Shown: piece by piece, positions 51,076 to 62,586 of the stretch
How the letters are laid out: every line of letters begins with the position of its first letter
How positions within the stretch are numbered: position 1 is the stretch's first letter
Source of the DNA: Cirrosporium novae-zelandiae
Lineage: Eukaryota
Assembly: GCA_026023565.1 (NCBI GenBank)
Contig: JAPETS010000013.1
Coordinates: 434,001-498,000 of the forward strand
Direction of reading: 5' to 3'
Length of the DNA: 64,000 bases
Translations under genes and position numbers: made by a program
The notes under the pieces: model-generated
Seen by the model: the letters and a program-made list of their open reading frames with translations, nothing else
Told to the model about the DNA's origin: nothing
The model's database searches: none

Positions 51076-52169
51076 CTACGAGTAAGAGACAACCTCCGTT
51101 AAGCCAAATTCTCGTTTCTTGTGGCTGAACATGGTAAAGTTGAGGTCGGAAAAGTCCTCGTAAGCAGGGGAAGCGGGGCTGCTGGTGTTATACATCTCTT
51201 GACCAGGACGAATGCTCGAAACATCGATGGAACCATAGCTCAGAAACCTTAGTATCCACTGAGTTGGGTACGTGATTCCGGTGCTGTTGGAGGTATATTC
51301 ATTTTCCGTGGAGGGCTCAAACTCGAAGGGGAGGACCGAATGGCTTCCATTTGCGAATCTGAATGTTGCAAACCTTCGAAGTTGATTTTGCCCATGATCA
51401 TCGATAGCCCAGATGCTTGCCTTGATGGACGTTTCTGGAACATGGATTTGAAACTAGGTATAATTCAGATCGGCAATGCTCTCGTTTGACCACTGGCGAT
51501 CGTACTAAGTGAAAGAGTTGCTCGGGTCTATCACCAGGTCTATCCCGTTGACATTTAAGATGTCATAGGTCGTTGCGGCTGGTAGACTCCGCTCGCCACA
51601 TTCTGCGTCGCCAAAGGTCCACTTCCCCAGCCCCCCGTTGTACAGTACAAAACTAAAGATGTAGCCTCGTAAGTGAAGTTGTATGAAATGACGGCATTGT
51701 CACTCCGTGTGCTCATGACGGCGAGACTATCATTAGATAGACCTTGAATTACACATTCCCCGGCACTTGCGCCTAGGCGACCGTTCACCGTAAGAGAGGC
51801 TTGCTCAGATAAACTAGACAGAAACATTTCATAGTTTTCGGATTCTGTCATGTCCAGAATTGAAGCCCCAGCCACGGCAACGGACTGGCCCACGAACATT
51901 GTGTGGGCAACAATCATGTACTGATGGTTATTTGAGGCGGTAACATAAGAGCAAGTCTAGTAAGAATTTGTCGAGGCACTCGTAAGCTGGGACTCCGTAA
52001 CACTGTATAGGACGGGAAGGTATTCCTGGATAAAGTTTTAGTTGTTGGGTCTAAAACACTCCCGTTGAAAGTAACTTACATTCGTGAAGGTGGCCGACTT
52101 TTCGGGAGAGAAGTCATATGTCGCTGCAGAAGCGCCCAACCACAGGAAGCATGGAAGAAAAATCTTCAT
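51076..52169 (-). pseudogene. Kievitone-hydratase-like (AttH/CrtC lipocalin-like) secreted protein, disabled copy A
   Basis: Signal peptide MKIFLPCFLWLGASAA and one intron. Motifs SY*TCSY..ASNNHQY, LYNGG.G, FT*YDRQW, YT*FQ, KASIWAID, RFATFR, YP.QW, PAYE.F. TAG stops at 51957-59, 51505-07 and 51454-56; a 5-bp duplication at 51640-49 shifts the frame. Confidence 0.85.
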
Positions 52170-53133
52170 GATGAATAGCATTCAGGGTAGCAGCACAATG
52201 AGAGTGTTTGCAAGGTTGATTTGGAGAGACTTAAACTTATATCGGAGGGCATGTTGAAAGATAAATAGTGAAATCGGTAAAAAAAACTTCGTGGAGGCTA
52301 TAGTCTATGCTATACGTGCAATTGAATTATGTCGGCCCCAAACGGATTCGAATATTTGAGTCCGGCGATATCTATACTTCCGAACAGATATATTCAGAAG
52401 TTATCAACCGCATCCTCATGAAAGGCTTCGGGACATGGAAAACTCTCATGCCGAAATTTGAGATGGATATCTCATCGAAGTTGTCGTTTCATGATAGGTT
52501 TTTGACTCCAGTGCTCTCTACGTGAAGCGATGATTAAGTGGATCAGTAACAAATCCATATAAAACACCTCATCTGCGGAAAACGCTTCCAAGCTCCAACT
52601 CCTTAGATAAAAAGTAGTGTCGAAGGATATTGGCCTAGCTCATCGCTGAGAAGTGATGACTAAGCGCAACCAGCATTTTTCAAAATAGCTAACCTTGCAA
52701 CCAATGAACCACTTCCCATTCATGGCAATGTTAATTGGAGCTGATGATGTTTCCCATATTGTCCAGCGAATCCTTCTTCAGCTAAACATTTTCTTCCGTA
52801 CTCTCAATATACGACGCAATACCTTTTTTTACCCTCTCTCCTATTCCGGAATTCTGAAATATCTAAATAAGTTAGTCGAAGCTATGTTGTCTCTCAGATC
52901 TTGGATCATAACTGTGGTCTTATGAAATGTGATTCTGGTTGAATGAACAATGGCAATAATTGTAAAAAAAGTTCCGGATCCTCGTTCGCCTTGACGATAG
53001 TTCATATACCGACTTACAATAAAAGGGCGACCATCATCCCGTAGCAAAATCCCATCTCACCGATAACACATTCTTCATCGTATTTCAATGCGACATCGTT
53101 TTTCTTCTTTAGCAAGTTCTATTCTAGCCGAAA

Positions 53134-54250
53134 ATGAGACCTCTTTTCTTCTTCCTTGCTCTGCTTGAGGGCTATACCCTGGGCTCCTCTTATAACTTTG
53201 TTCCTGAGGACGCGAAACAAATCAGTAACCTAAATTTCCCCTGTAGACAGCAGGAAAGGGGAGAGGAAATCAGAGGGTACTTCGGAATCAGTGGTGATAA
53301 CAAATCTAATGCAGACTGCTATGCCCATGTTGTATAACCTTTCTGAGTCCTAGACGACCAACGACAGAACTGGCTACGGCTCGTACTGGTCAAGCTCCTT
53401 CATCACTGGATCAAACGATCACCAGTATCTCGTCATCTCTCACGTCCTGGGAATGGGCTCCGGAAACCAGGGTTACTACCGAGGATCCGTACTTGACCTG
53501 ACCAATCTCCAGTACTCCTCCTACGTTATCGACACAAGCTCCTCCATCTTCGGGAATGGAACCTTCAACGCCTCAACCAAAGACTACGGGTTCGGAGCCC
53601 TGTCCGCGGATGAGATGTCCCAATTACGAACCTGGACTAACTACAAAAATGTCGTGTTCGACATCACCTTTGAAGGAACTTCTGCCGCACTCTACAACGG
53701 CGGCGTCGGAGCATTCACTTTCGGCTCAGGTACTGCCCATGAGTGGGGCATGCCAGGGGGACGCACCACGGGATTCCTCACAGTGAACGGTTCGAAGATC
53801 GAAATAGACACAAAGCGTTCATTCACCTGGTACGACCGCCAATGGGGAGCTGCGATGGGCAACTGGACCTGGTTCCAACTAAATTTCAATAACGGAACCG
53901 CGAAAGCAAGCTTCTGGGCTATTGACACCACGACGCCGTATCAGCGGGCCCGCTTCGCGACGGTCCGAACAGCGGACGGAATACACCACTTTCTCCCCAC
54001 AATGTTGACCCCGAACACAGAACATACGTATCTCTCGAATGCTACCGACATTGAATATCCGTTGCAGTGGGATCTGAAAATTGGCGAAACTGATCATCTA
54101 ACTATTAAAAGTGTGAGGGCCGATCAGGAGATAGTGGGGTCAGCAATTTCTGACAGCGCATACGAGGGGTTTGTGATGTTCTTGGGAACTCTTCTGAATA
54201 AGTGCAAGGATTTGGGATGGTTGAGATGGTCGAAACTTTGCTCTGAGTGA
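53134..54250 (+). pseudogene. Kievitone-hydratase-like secreted protein, disabled copy B (paralog of copy A)
   Basis: Signal peptide; exon 2 PMLYNLSES*TT..GSYWSSSFITGSNDHQY, LYNGGVG.FTFG, EWGMP, FTWYDRQWG, WTWFQL, KASFWAID, RFATVR, YPLQW, SAYEGF. TAG at 53351-53 where copy A has CAG; the C-terminal VQGFGMVEMV lies in another frame after ~54200; no in-phase GT donor for intron 1. Confidence 0.8.
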
Positions 54251-54907
54251 TAAAACTCATCAGTCAAAAAAATTTCATCACTACCAAAGCATCTCTTCAC
54301 AATATATAGAAACGTTTATACCAATTCTCTGCCACACTATTTATTAATGAATTCAAAATTCTTGAAAGATTTGTAAGAATAACGAGAACTTTCTTCCATC
54401 TCTGCTTTGTTCGGCTATTTTGGTCGGAAAAGGCCTCAGTTTAGTCCTATTGAATATAAGAAGGCTGTGGGCCTAATACGCGTTGCTAGAAATAGAAATC
54501 AGTACTTCAGGTAGAAACTAACTAGGATAGCTAGTGTTGCATCAGGATACTGTAACGAAGGAACAGTAGAAGGGGCCTTTAAGAGCTGGAGGTACATTCT
54601 AGAAATAGAATAGGATATAATCTAGGTCGGGTTACTACATAGGCTGGTAAGCATGGCCAATCCGACATTAATATACGGTAGCGAAGAACCGAAAATCCGA
54701 GTACTTACATAAGAGCATCCCATGTACTCAGCTTGCTCCGAGAAGCTCATTTTGCCCGAAGCTCTCTAACTTGGAAGACGGGTGTACAGGAATGTGGGCT
54801 TTCCTGAATTTATATCTAGAAAAAATGAGACAGATGGTACTCGTAAGCTTTTTAGGTTTTCAGGAAAATGAAACAGGAGGGCTCATTTACCTAGAGATAC
54901 CTTACTG

Positions 54908-57130
54908 CTAGTGATATTCCTTCTCTGCGCCGAGCTCAATGTACTTATTGAGATTTCCACCATTGATCCCCAATGTGTCAGCATTGGACTCTTTCTCAAG
55001 TAAGTCAGCTTTCCATGCGTCAGACAACGGAACATAGGTAGGGGTAATCATACAGGTCTTAATAGCGGTATCGATTACACACTGCGCTAGTCTTCCCAAT
55101 TGGATGAGGAAGTCATTGAGCCGACTTATGTGCAAAAACTCATTTAACGAAGGCTTGGATGGCGGAAACTAGGAGACAGGAATTGAAGCACTACTGATCA
55201 ATAAAGTATCCTCAGTAGCCCGTAGATCCAGTGGGTGAAGGAGAATATGCAAAAAAGTGTCAACAAAGCTGACATTCGATAAAAAAGAGTAACCCTAGTA
55301 AGATGAGCAAACAATCATATATCATACCTAGCTCATGGAAAACTATCACTCACCAGAAAGTTTTAGCAGGGAGGATATTGCGTGAGACATTGAGATGTAG
55401 GAGTGATGACCGGCTCGCCTCCACACCCAGAGCTAAACTAGACGCCACGCCTTCCATATCACTGGAACTCTGAGACTACGCTTTGCATCGAGTAATCGCT
55501 TGGTGAATCATGTTTACACAGTGATAGCATTCTAGATGTACCATTACCCAGCGGATATTACGACACACACTGAAGTCGCTAGAGCAGTCTGTCAACCTCG
55601 GACGTTGATAACTCAGTAATGATTCCCTCTACCTCTCTAGTTCTTCATCGAGCTCACGAATAGTCCTAAGCAACTCAGTATCCGACGTCTGTTGTGCACT
55701 AGCAGAGTATAGCAAGTCATATGCTTGGGGCTTAATAATGCTCAGTTTGAGGTCAGTCGGGAAGGGCTGAACCTCCGATGGAGACCGCGACATGTGTTGG
55801 AGGTAGATTCTAGGCAAGAATATATTGCATTGGTCGTCATTAATGGCTGAAGGGCAGCCAGTTCGGAGCGACAGATCTTTATCTATAACATAGCACAGCC
55901 AAAAGAGCGTACGCACGTGTGCTTGAGAGGATATGTGGCCCCTAAGCGCGGATATCATACGCGCCGCAAGAGAAATAAAACTATCAACCGACTGGAGATT
56001 TCTTATAGATAATTCACAAAGAGCCTATTTAGCGCGTTGTAAGCCTACAAATTTCTGGAGATACCGTCATGGACTAGGGAGGCAGTCATACCAGCATCAT
56101 TATGGCTTGCAGACTGCTTACTGGGGCTGGCCGCGAAATAATAGATGGGAGTAACCATTGTACCTGCGGTCCATATGGCAAATCTAGACCTAGATTAAAC
56201 CGAAATATCGAAGAGAAGGCCAAAAAAGAAAAAACGCATGCACAGGATGTCACGTCTGCAATGTTTCTGTACGCGCCATCCGCTGTTTCTCGAAACGAAT
56301 CCGCCTCGATGACCGGAAACACTTTTGACAGCGAGGACGAACAGTAAATGGAAACACATTTATCAAGAACAGCTCTTTCCGGCAGTTCTTGCCTGTTACA
56401 ACCTTGCATTTCAAAAGTAGCAAAAGGATTCTGCCATGGAGGTCCATAAGCGCACAATCCTTCAAGTTTCATTGTTTGACCAGTGAGAGATACCACCCAC
56501 TTTTGGCCTTCAGGAGAGAAAAGGGAAATCCCATTGAAGGGACTGAAGTGACAGTCTGCAAATTGTAGCTGACTAGACACATTACATGCAAGGTTGGCAT
56601 GTTGCCCAAGACATTTATTGCTGACTTGGGTTTCCTCTGTAGATTTTAAACTCGACATGTTTGACATATTCGGTATACTATAAAGAGGAGTGTTCTTGTC
56701 GGTTACAGGTTCCATAAACAACGAGCTCTCCCCAAATAAACCTTGGAGCCAGTCGATATGCTGAACAATATCATTATCACAAATTATACTCCTATCTTCC
56801 TGTTGAGGTTAATCCTAGTGGGTCAAACTAGGCTAGGCCTAGATTTCAGAGAATAGAAAAGAATTCTGTACCTGGAAGGTGCTCTTTTTCTTTTGAGTCT
56901 ATGAATTCGATTGAATGTACATGGAATACTATGATGCCTACACCAATCGCAAGCTGGCTTCTCTGTATCACATCTAATCTAGCAAGCGGTAAGATTTAAG
57001 TAGGTTTGAAAAGAGGATTGACCAACTTTTCTTTGACGGCAGGCATCACAAGCCTGCGATGTTCGTTTCTGGGAGCTGACGGTTTTGGTGTCTCTGGTAG
57101 TGTTAGCTGCAAAGGCAGCCTTTGCAGAAC
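54908..57130 (-). pseudogene. Zn(II)2Cys6 transcription factor with fungal-specific TF domain, disabled
   Basis: Binuclear cluster ACDACRQRK/IRCDTEKPACDWCRHHSIPC split by intron 56979-57026; RTLFWLCYVIDKDLSLRTG domain. TAG stops at 55629-31 (ELER*R), 55476-78 (RCKA*) and 55169-71; 1-nt loss in the LFC(N)IL motif near 55247; no clear start codon. Confidence 0.85.
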
Positions 57131-57242
57131 GAGAACTTGAAATGAATGAATCGGCCAAATCTACACAATACTAAGGACCAAGGTACGATTATGACTCGGA
57201 CAGGTTTAGGGGTCGGCTAGATGTTGCCGATGTTTCCGGCTT

Positions 57243-57290
57243 CCGGTGTACTGTAACTCCGGTGTACTATAACTCCGCTGTGCTGTAACT
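57243..57290 (+). repeat. Three 16-bp tandem repeats, each starting with CCG
   Basis: CCGGTGTACTGTAACT / CCGGTGTACTATAACT / CCGCTGTGCTGTAACT, located between the TF pseudogene and SKI3. Confidence 0.9.
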
Positions 57291-57490
57291 TTGCTGTAGG
57301 CAATCAGTCAACCAATCCTCAGTTTCCCTCACCATGACCGATTTCAGATCTGGCAGAATTCCCAAACAAGAGTATCAAAAATCGAATTTAACAAATCTTG
57401 ATCTACCAATTCTTAGAAGCTCGTTTACGATTAAATAAGTTGGTTATGCACTTGATGCATCTCCAACGTCCATCGTCCTCTTCCTAGGTC

Positions 57491-60400
57491 ATGTCAGCAG
57501 CCAAAGCTGCAAGAGCTGGGCTAAAATCCGCCAAAGCAGCGTTAGATACGCACGACTATGAAACTGCTCGGGAGGAGGCAGAGAAAGTCCTCTCGCTAAG
57601 TCCAAATAGCTATCATGCGTTGGTGATCCCATGGACTATGTTGTCTTCCATACGAAGCGACTAAATAGACTAATCTTTGCTTTAATTCAGACAAATATTT
57701 CTTGGTCTAGCTCTTGAAAAGCTGAATCGTTACAACGAAGCTGAGAAGGCTTACAATGATGCGGCTAAACTCAAAGATGGCGACCCTCTTGTCTGGTACG
57801 GTTTCATATCACTTTACGAAAACCAGGCGGGGCAAAAATTAGATGATTATAGACATGCAGCTCTTCGATTAGCGGAGATATTGTCCAAAGAGTACGTTTT
57901 ATAGCACCTATTATTTTATCATAACCTTATTAAAAGCTAATCTGCCTATCCCCACTAGAGATGACAAGACCAAATGCCAATCCGTGATCGACAAGTTTAT
58001 CAAATTTACAAAGCGTCATGGCACCAAACTCCAGTATGCAAAGGCGTTAGAGGTTGAGCTTCCCACAAGTAGCATTTATGAATATCTCGAAGGACGTATT
58101 CCACACCCGGCCCATACCTATTCTAGAATAGTTGAGATTTTAGAGGCCAACGAAAGAGAGCACATAAATAAAGAAATCGGTGAGCGTCGGACTCGTATAG
58201 GCGCAAAATTCGATCTTGTTACTGCAGAAGTTAAGCGTGAAGTACTTTCATCGAGCCCACTAGAAAACTTATATCAACAAATAATTGATTGGTCAAACGA
58301 TGATGAGCAGCGTCGACAGTACGAAGAAAAACTGTTCCAACATGCGTATGATTCATTACTCGTACTGCCCCAGCAGCAAAAGGAAGAGAAGCGGAAGCAA
58401 GTATTGGACATGGCCCAAGGCATGGTCATTATCAAACATCCCTTCCCCCTCGCATGGACCATCACACTCGAATGGAAGGACGGCTTTTCACTGTCCGAGT
58501 GGGACCTTGATACATTCTACAGCTACATGAGCTTCTTCCCTAATGATGGTCTCACCAAGGTTTTGAAAGGATATCTACCTTGTGATATTTCACCATTCCA
58601 AGATCAATATAAACCAATTGAAAAAGAGGACGGTGAGAACAATGAAAATATACCTCTGAGCTTAGAAGATCGCCTGCTACTTATGACTGAAGGCCTTGAA
58701 GATAGCGATTTATCCACGCTAGCTCACCGAATCATAGCAGAGTTTTTCTTAGACCTAGAGGAATATACTAGTGCTCTTGATGCAGCAAGAAAAGCAAAAA
58801 TTCTTGTCAATAAGTCGTCAAAATGCAGCGGCCTCCAATTCCAGGAGAGTATTGATGGAATCAACATTACACTCGGAAATATATTGATAGCCTACCAGTC
58901 ACCAAGAAACCATCCCGAAGCCCGATCAATCTTTGAGGAGATTTTAGATCGCAAGCCAGATTTGACCCCTGCACTCATCGGAGTCGGGCTTATTCTAGAA
59001 GAATGCGAGGACTATCCAAGTGCAATTTCATTCTTAAGCAGAGCAGCCGAAAGAGACCCAACTAACTTGAATATCAGAGCTGAGGCAGCATGGTGCAAAG
59101 CTCTCGACGGGCAATATGAGCAGGCTCTTCAGGAGCTTGAAGGCTGTGTCTCTGAAATTGACGGCACTGATCGTCGATCTAAAGAGCTAAAAGCGGAGGT
59201 ATTATATCGGACGGGTTATTGCAAGTGGAATATCAATCCTTCAAAGGCTGGTCGCAAAGACCGTAAAGAAGGCCCCTATGTCAGCTTTATTGCAGCACTA
59301 AAAGCAAATTCCAAATTAGCTCCCGCATATACATACCTAGGTATTTACTTTGCTGATTACGCCCACGACAAGAAGAGAGCGCGCAAATGCTTTCAGCAAG
59401 CTTTCGACTTATCGCCGGCAGAAGTAGAAGCAGCTAAGCGATTGGCCGATATGTTTGCCAATCAAGGTGACTGGGATCTAGTCGAAATTATTGCTCAACG
59501 AGTCGTGGATTCAGGCAAGGTCAGACCTGCACCTGGATCGAAAAAGAAGGGCATCAGTTGGTCCTTTGCAGCTCTTGGTGTTGTCCAATTGAACCGACAA
59601 GAATTTTCAAATAGCATTGTGTCGTTTCAATCTGCCTTGAAAATATCACCCAATGATTATGATTGCTGGGTCGGATTAGGAGAAAGCTACGCCAATGCTG
59701 GTCGCTACATCGCTGCCACGAAAGCCTTCAACCAGGTACTGAAGCTTGAGGAAGAGCTTGATGGACGCACACACGAACGAGCATGGTTTGCCCGCTATAT
59801 GCTTGCCAATGTTCATAGAGAGCTTGGAGAATATGATAAGGCTATTGCTGCCTATACCGAAGTCCTGCAAACACGGACCGGAGAATTTGGGGTTATGATA
59901 AGCCTGCTCCAAACCTTCGTCGAAGGAGCCTGGAGAAATATCGAATTAGGGTACTTTGGACGAGCCGTCGATAATGCACTACAGGCAGTCGATCTTGCAG
60001 TAGAGACCGGTGAGACTAGGATTGACTCATTCAATTTGTGGAAAGCTCTTGGAGACGCATGTACAGTCTTCTCGTGGGTTCAAGGTCGAGTTTTAGATTT
60101 CCCTGTGGGCAATGTATGTGCTCTTCTCGAAAAAAACGTTGATACGAAAGAGTTCGACCAAGTATTAGATCAAGATGGTATTGGTTCATCCACTTTCGAG
60201 ACTCTCCGAGATACCAATACTACCGATGCATCGTTTAGACTAGAGCAAGCTTTACAATGCGCCGTCCTGTCTTTCAAAAGAGCGATATTCACTTCTCAGT
60301 ATGAAAGCCACGCTCAAGCTGTTGCATGGTTTAACCTAGGCTGTACTGAGCATCGGGCTCATGCCTGTTTAGTCAAAACCCTTGAAGGACAGAAGAAACA

Positions 60401-61907
60401 GAAGCGATCACGATTCTTGCAAGCTGCAGTCCGCTGCTTTAAAAAAGCAATCGAACTTGAAGCCAGCAACTCCGAATTTTGGGATGCGCTGGGCGTCGTA
60501 ACAACAAGCCTCAATCCCAGAGTTTCTCAAAATTCTTTTGTGCGAAGCCTGCATCTCAATGACAAGAGTCCCCGAGTCTGGACAAATCTAGGAACGCTCT
60601 ACCTTCTCCAGAATGATGTTGAGCTAGCCAATGAGGCCTTCGCACACGCTCAGTCGGCTGACCCTGACTACGCACACGCCTGGCTCGGTCAAGGCTACAT
60701 CGCGCTTCTAGTCGGAGACTTCAAAGAAGCCCACCTTCTCTTCACGCACGCCTTTGAGATCTCCGACTCTTCCTCTATGGTCGTAAAGTCTCAATACGCC
60801 CTCTCCTCCTTTGACAACCTGCTATCCGATACTTCCGCTGCGAACAGTTTAGCGAACCTCCTCTCCCCACTCTTCGCCCTCCACCAACTTCACAGCCAAA
60901 CCATCCCTCTCCCCTGGCATTCGCACCTGCTATCCCTCCTCGCCGAACGTATCTTCAACCCTACAGTCTCTATCGCCTCATTAACTGCTACCTGTAACAC
61001 TCTCGAAACCGCTTATGAAACAACCGAATCCCTCACCACCCTCACCTACTTCGCCCAATCAACCGCCGATCTCGCGCGCGCCTACCTTGCTACCAACGAC
61101 TTCTCATCCGCGGCCGAGAACGCCGAAACCGCACTGTCCCTCTCCGATGACCCAGAGATAAAATCCCACTACCCAGAAGCCTACGCCAAAACGCGCCTCT
61201 CCGCCCACCTCACCGCCGGCTTAGCAAGCTACTACCTCTCTAACACCGACACCTCCCTCTCCATGTTCCGCCAAGCTCTCGAAGAATCCTCCTCCTCCCC
61301 TGACGTCGTCTGCCTTCTATCACAAGTCCTCTGGACCAAAGGCAGTGAGCCCGAGCGCGCCGTCGCCCGCGAACAGCTCCTCGACTGCGTAGAGAAACAC
61401 CCCGAGCACGTACGCACGGTCGCCCTATTGGGTGTAATTGCTATCCTAGACGGTGACACGGACATTCTAGATGCTGTGACAGATGACCTGCGCAGTCTGC
61501 GGACCCGCGACGATCTCACGTCGCGCCAACAACTCCGCATCGCGAAGGTTCTATCAGTCGCCGTCACATCTGCACAACCTCAACAACCTCAGCAATCCAC
61601 ACAAGAAGCAGGAGGGGAACCAGAACCAGAAGAACTCTCCTCAACTACTACCTCTGTCATGCTCTCGCCCTCTCAGCCCCAAGGCTGGTCTGTCCTCTCC
61701 TCGCTCTTCTCCGATGCGGTATACCCAGCCGAGATGGCGGTGCAGACGGCACGAAGGGCGGTGCCACCGCATGGATCTCTAGGTCCCGAGGAAATGTGCA
61801 AGGCTTTTGTGCAGACAGAACGGATGGCAGATGCGCAGCGAGGCATTATGTGTGCGCCATGGGCAGTGGATGGATGGAGAGAGATGATGGTGGTCGTCGA
61901 GGGATGA
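57491..61907 (+). CDS. SKI3: Ski3/TTC37 TPR protein of the SKI complex, 3 exons (introns 57619-57690, 57891-57958)
   Basis: YEYLEGRIP.P..TY, EIGERRTRIGA, A.GMVIIKHPF.LAW, APAYT.LG.Y.ADY..D..RA.KCF..AF.LS, W.GLGESY...GRY.AA, EFWDALG, AQSADPDY..AWLGQG; multiple TPR repeats. Confidence 0.93.
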
Positions 61908-62586
61908 TACCCAAGGGTTTAAAAGGAACCATTCTTACTTATTTTTGATGAATGATGAATGTGCGCACGTGTGTATGCTTAGGTGGTAAAGGTTAGGTAG
62001 GTAGGTACTTATTAGTCATAAGCATGGTCTTTGTTAAATGCTATGCTTTGGTACGAATTAGTATGAGCTATGCCCTCCAAAATTCGTACTAAGTACTTCC
62101 CTTCTCTATCCATCAACGATAATTTACATGAATATAAATAAATAGATAGAAGAAAATAAAGAGAGAGAAAAGACAAATAATTTTTAAAGTAGATATAACT
62201 TAGGGTATTTGGAATGTAGGTTAAGAATGCTCTTTTTTCCTTTTAGGATAAACGAGAAGGATAAACACGTAATCGTGTCGATTTCGATTTCGGCTCTTCA
62301 GCTGTGCATGTTATCATTGTTATGTTTTTAATCTCTAGCAATCAATCAATCAATCGATCAATCAGTCAATTCATAGCCTCGTCGCCTCATTGCGCCCCTT
62401 TTTATTGGGTTTGCACATTCACCGTTCCATTCCGTAAAAACTCCTCTTCCCTTTCAATCATCCATCCTTCATAAGAAAGATCGCCTTGCAGAGTATAATA
62501 GTACATGCACAATAGAGCAGAATTGAAAAAAAAACCTATTATCACCACCATCTTTTAAACTCCTTTGTGAGAATGTTTTTAGTCAC

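Noticed and set aside
52307..53047. Three 68-76-aa ORFs between the divergent hydratase pseudogenes
   Set aside because: No recognisable family or splice structure; more simply the shared promoter region. A degraded gene cannot be excluded without TBLASTX.
51076..55631. Genome-wide reassignment of TAG to Trp/Gln
   Set aside because: TAG is the genuine stop of intact genes here (TSR4 14865, NIF3 31812, Prx5 34635), no housekeeping gene has an internal TAG, and the affected genes also carry frameshifts.
57243..57290. CRISPR-like reading of the short repeats
   Set aside because: The units are directly adjacent with no spacers, the context is eukaryotic and there are no cas genes.
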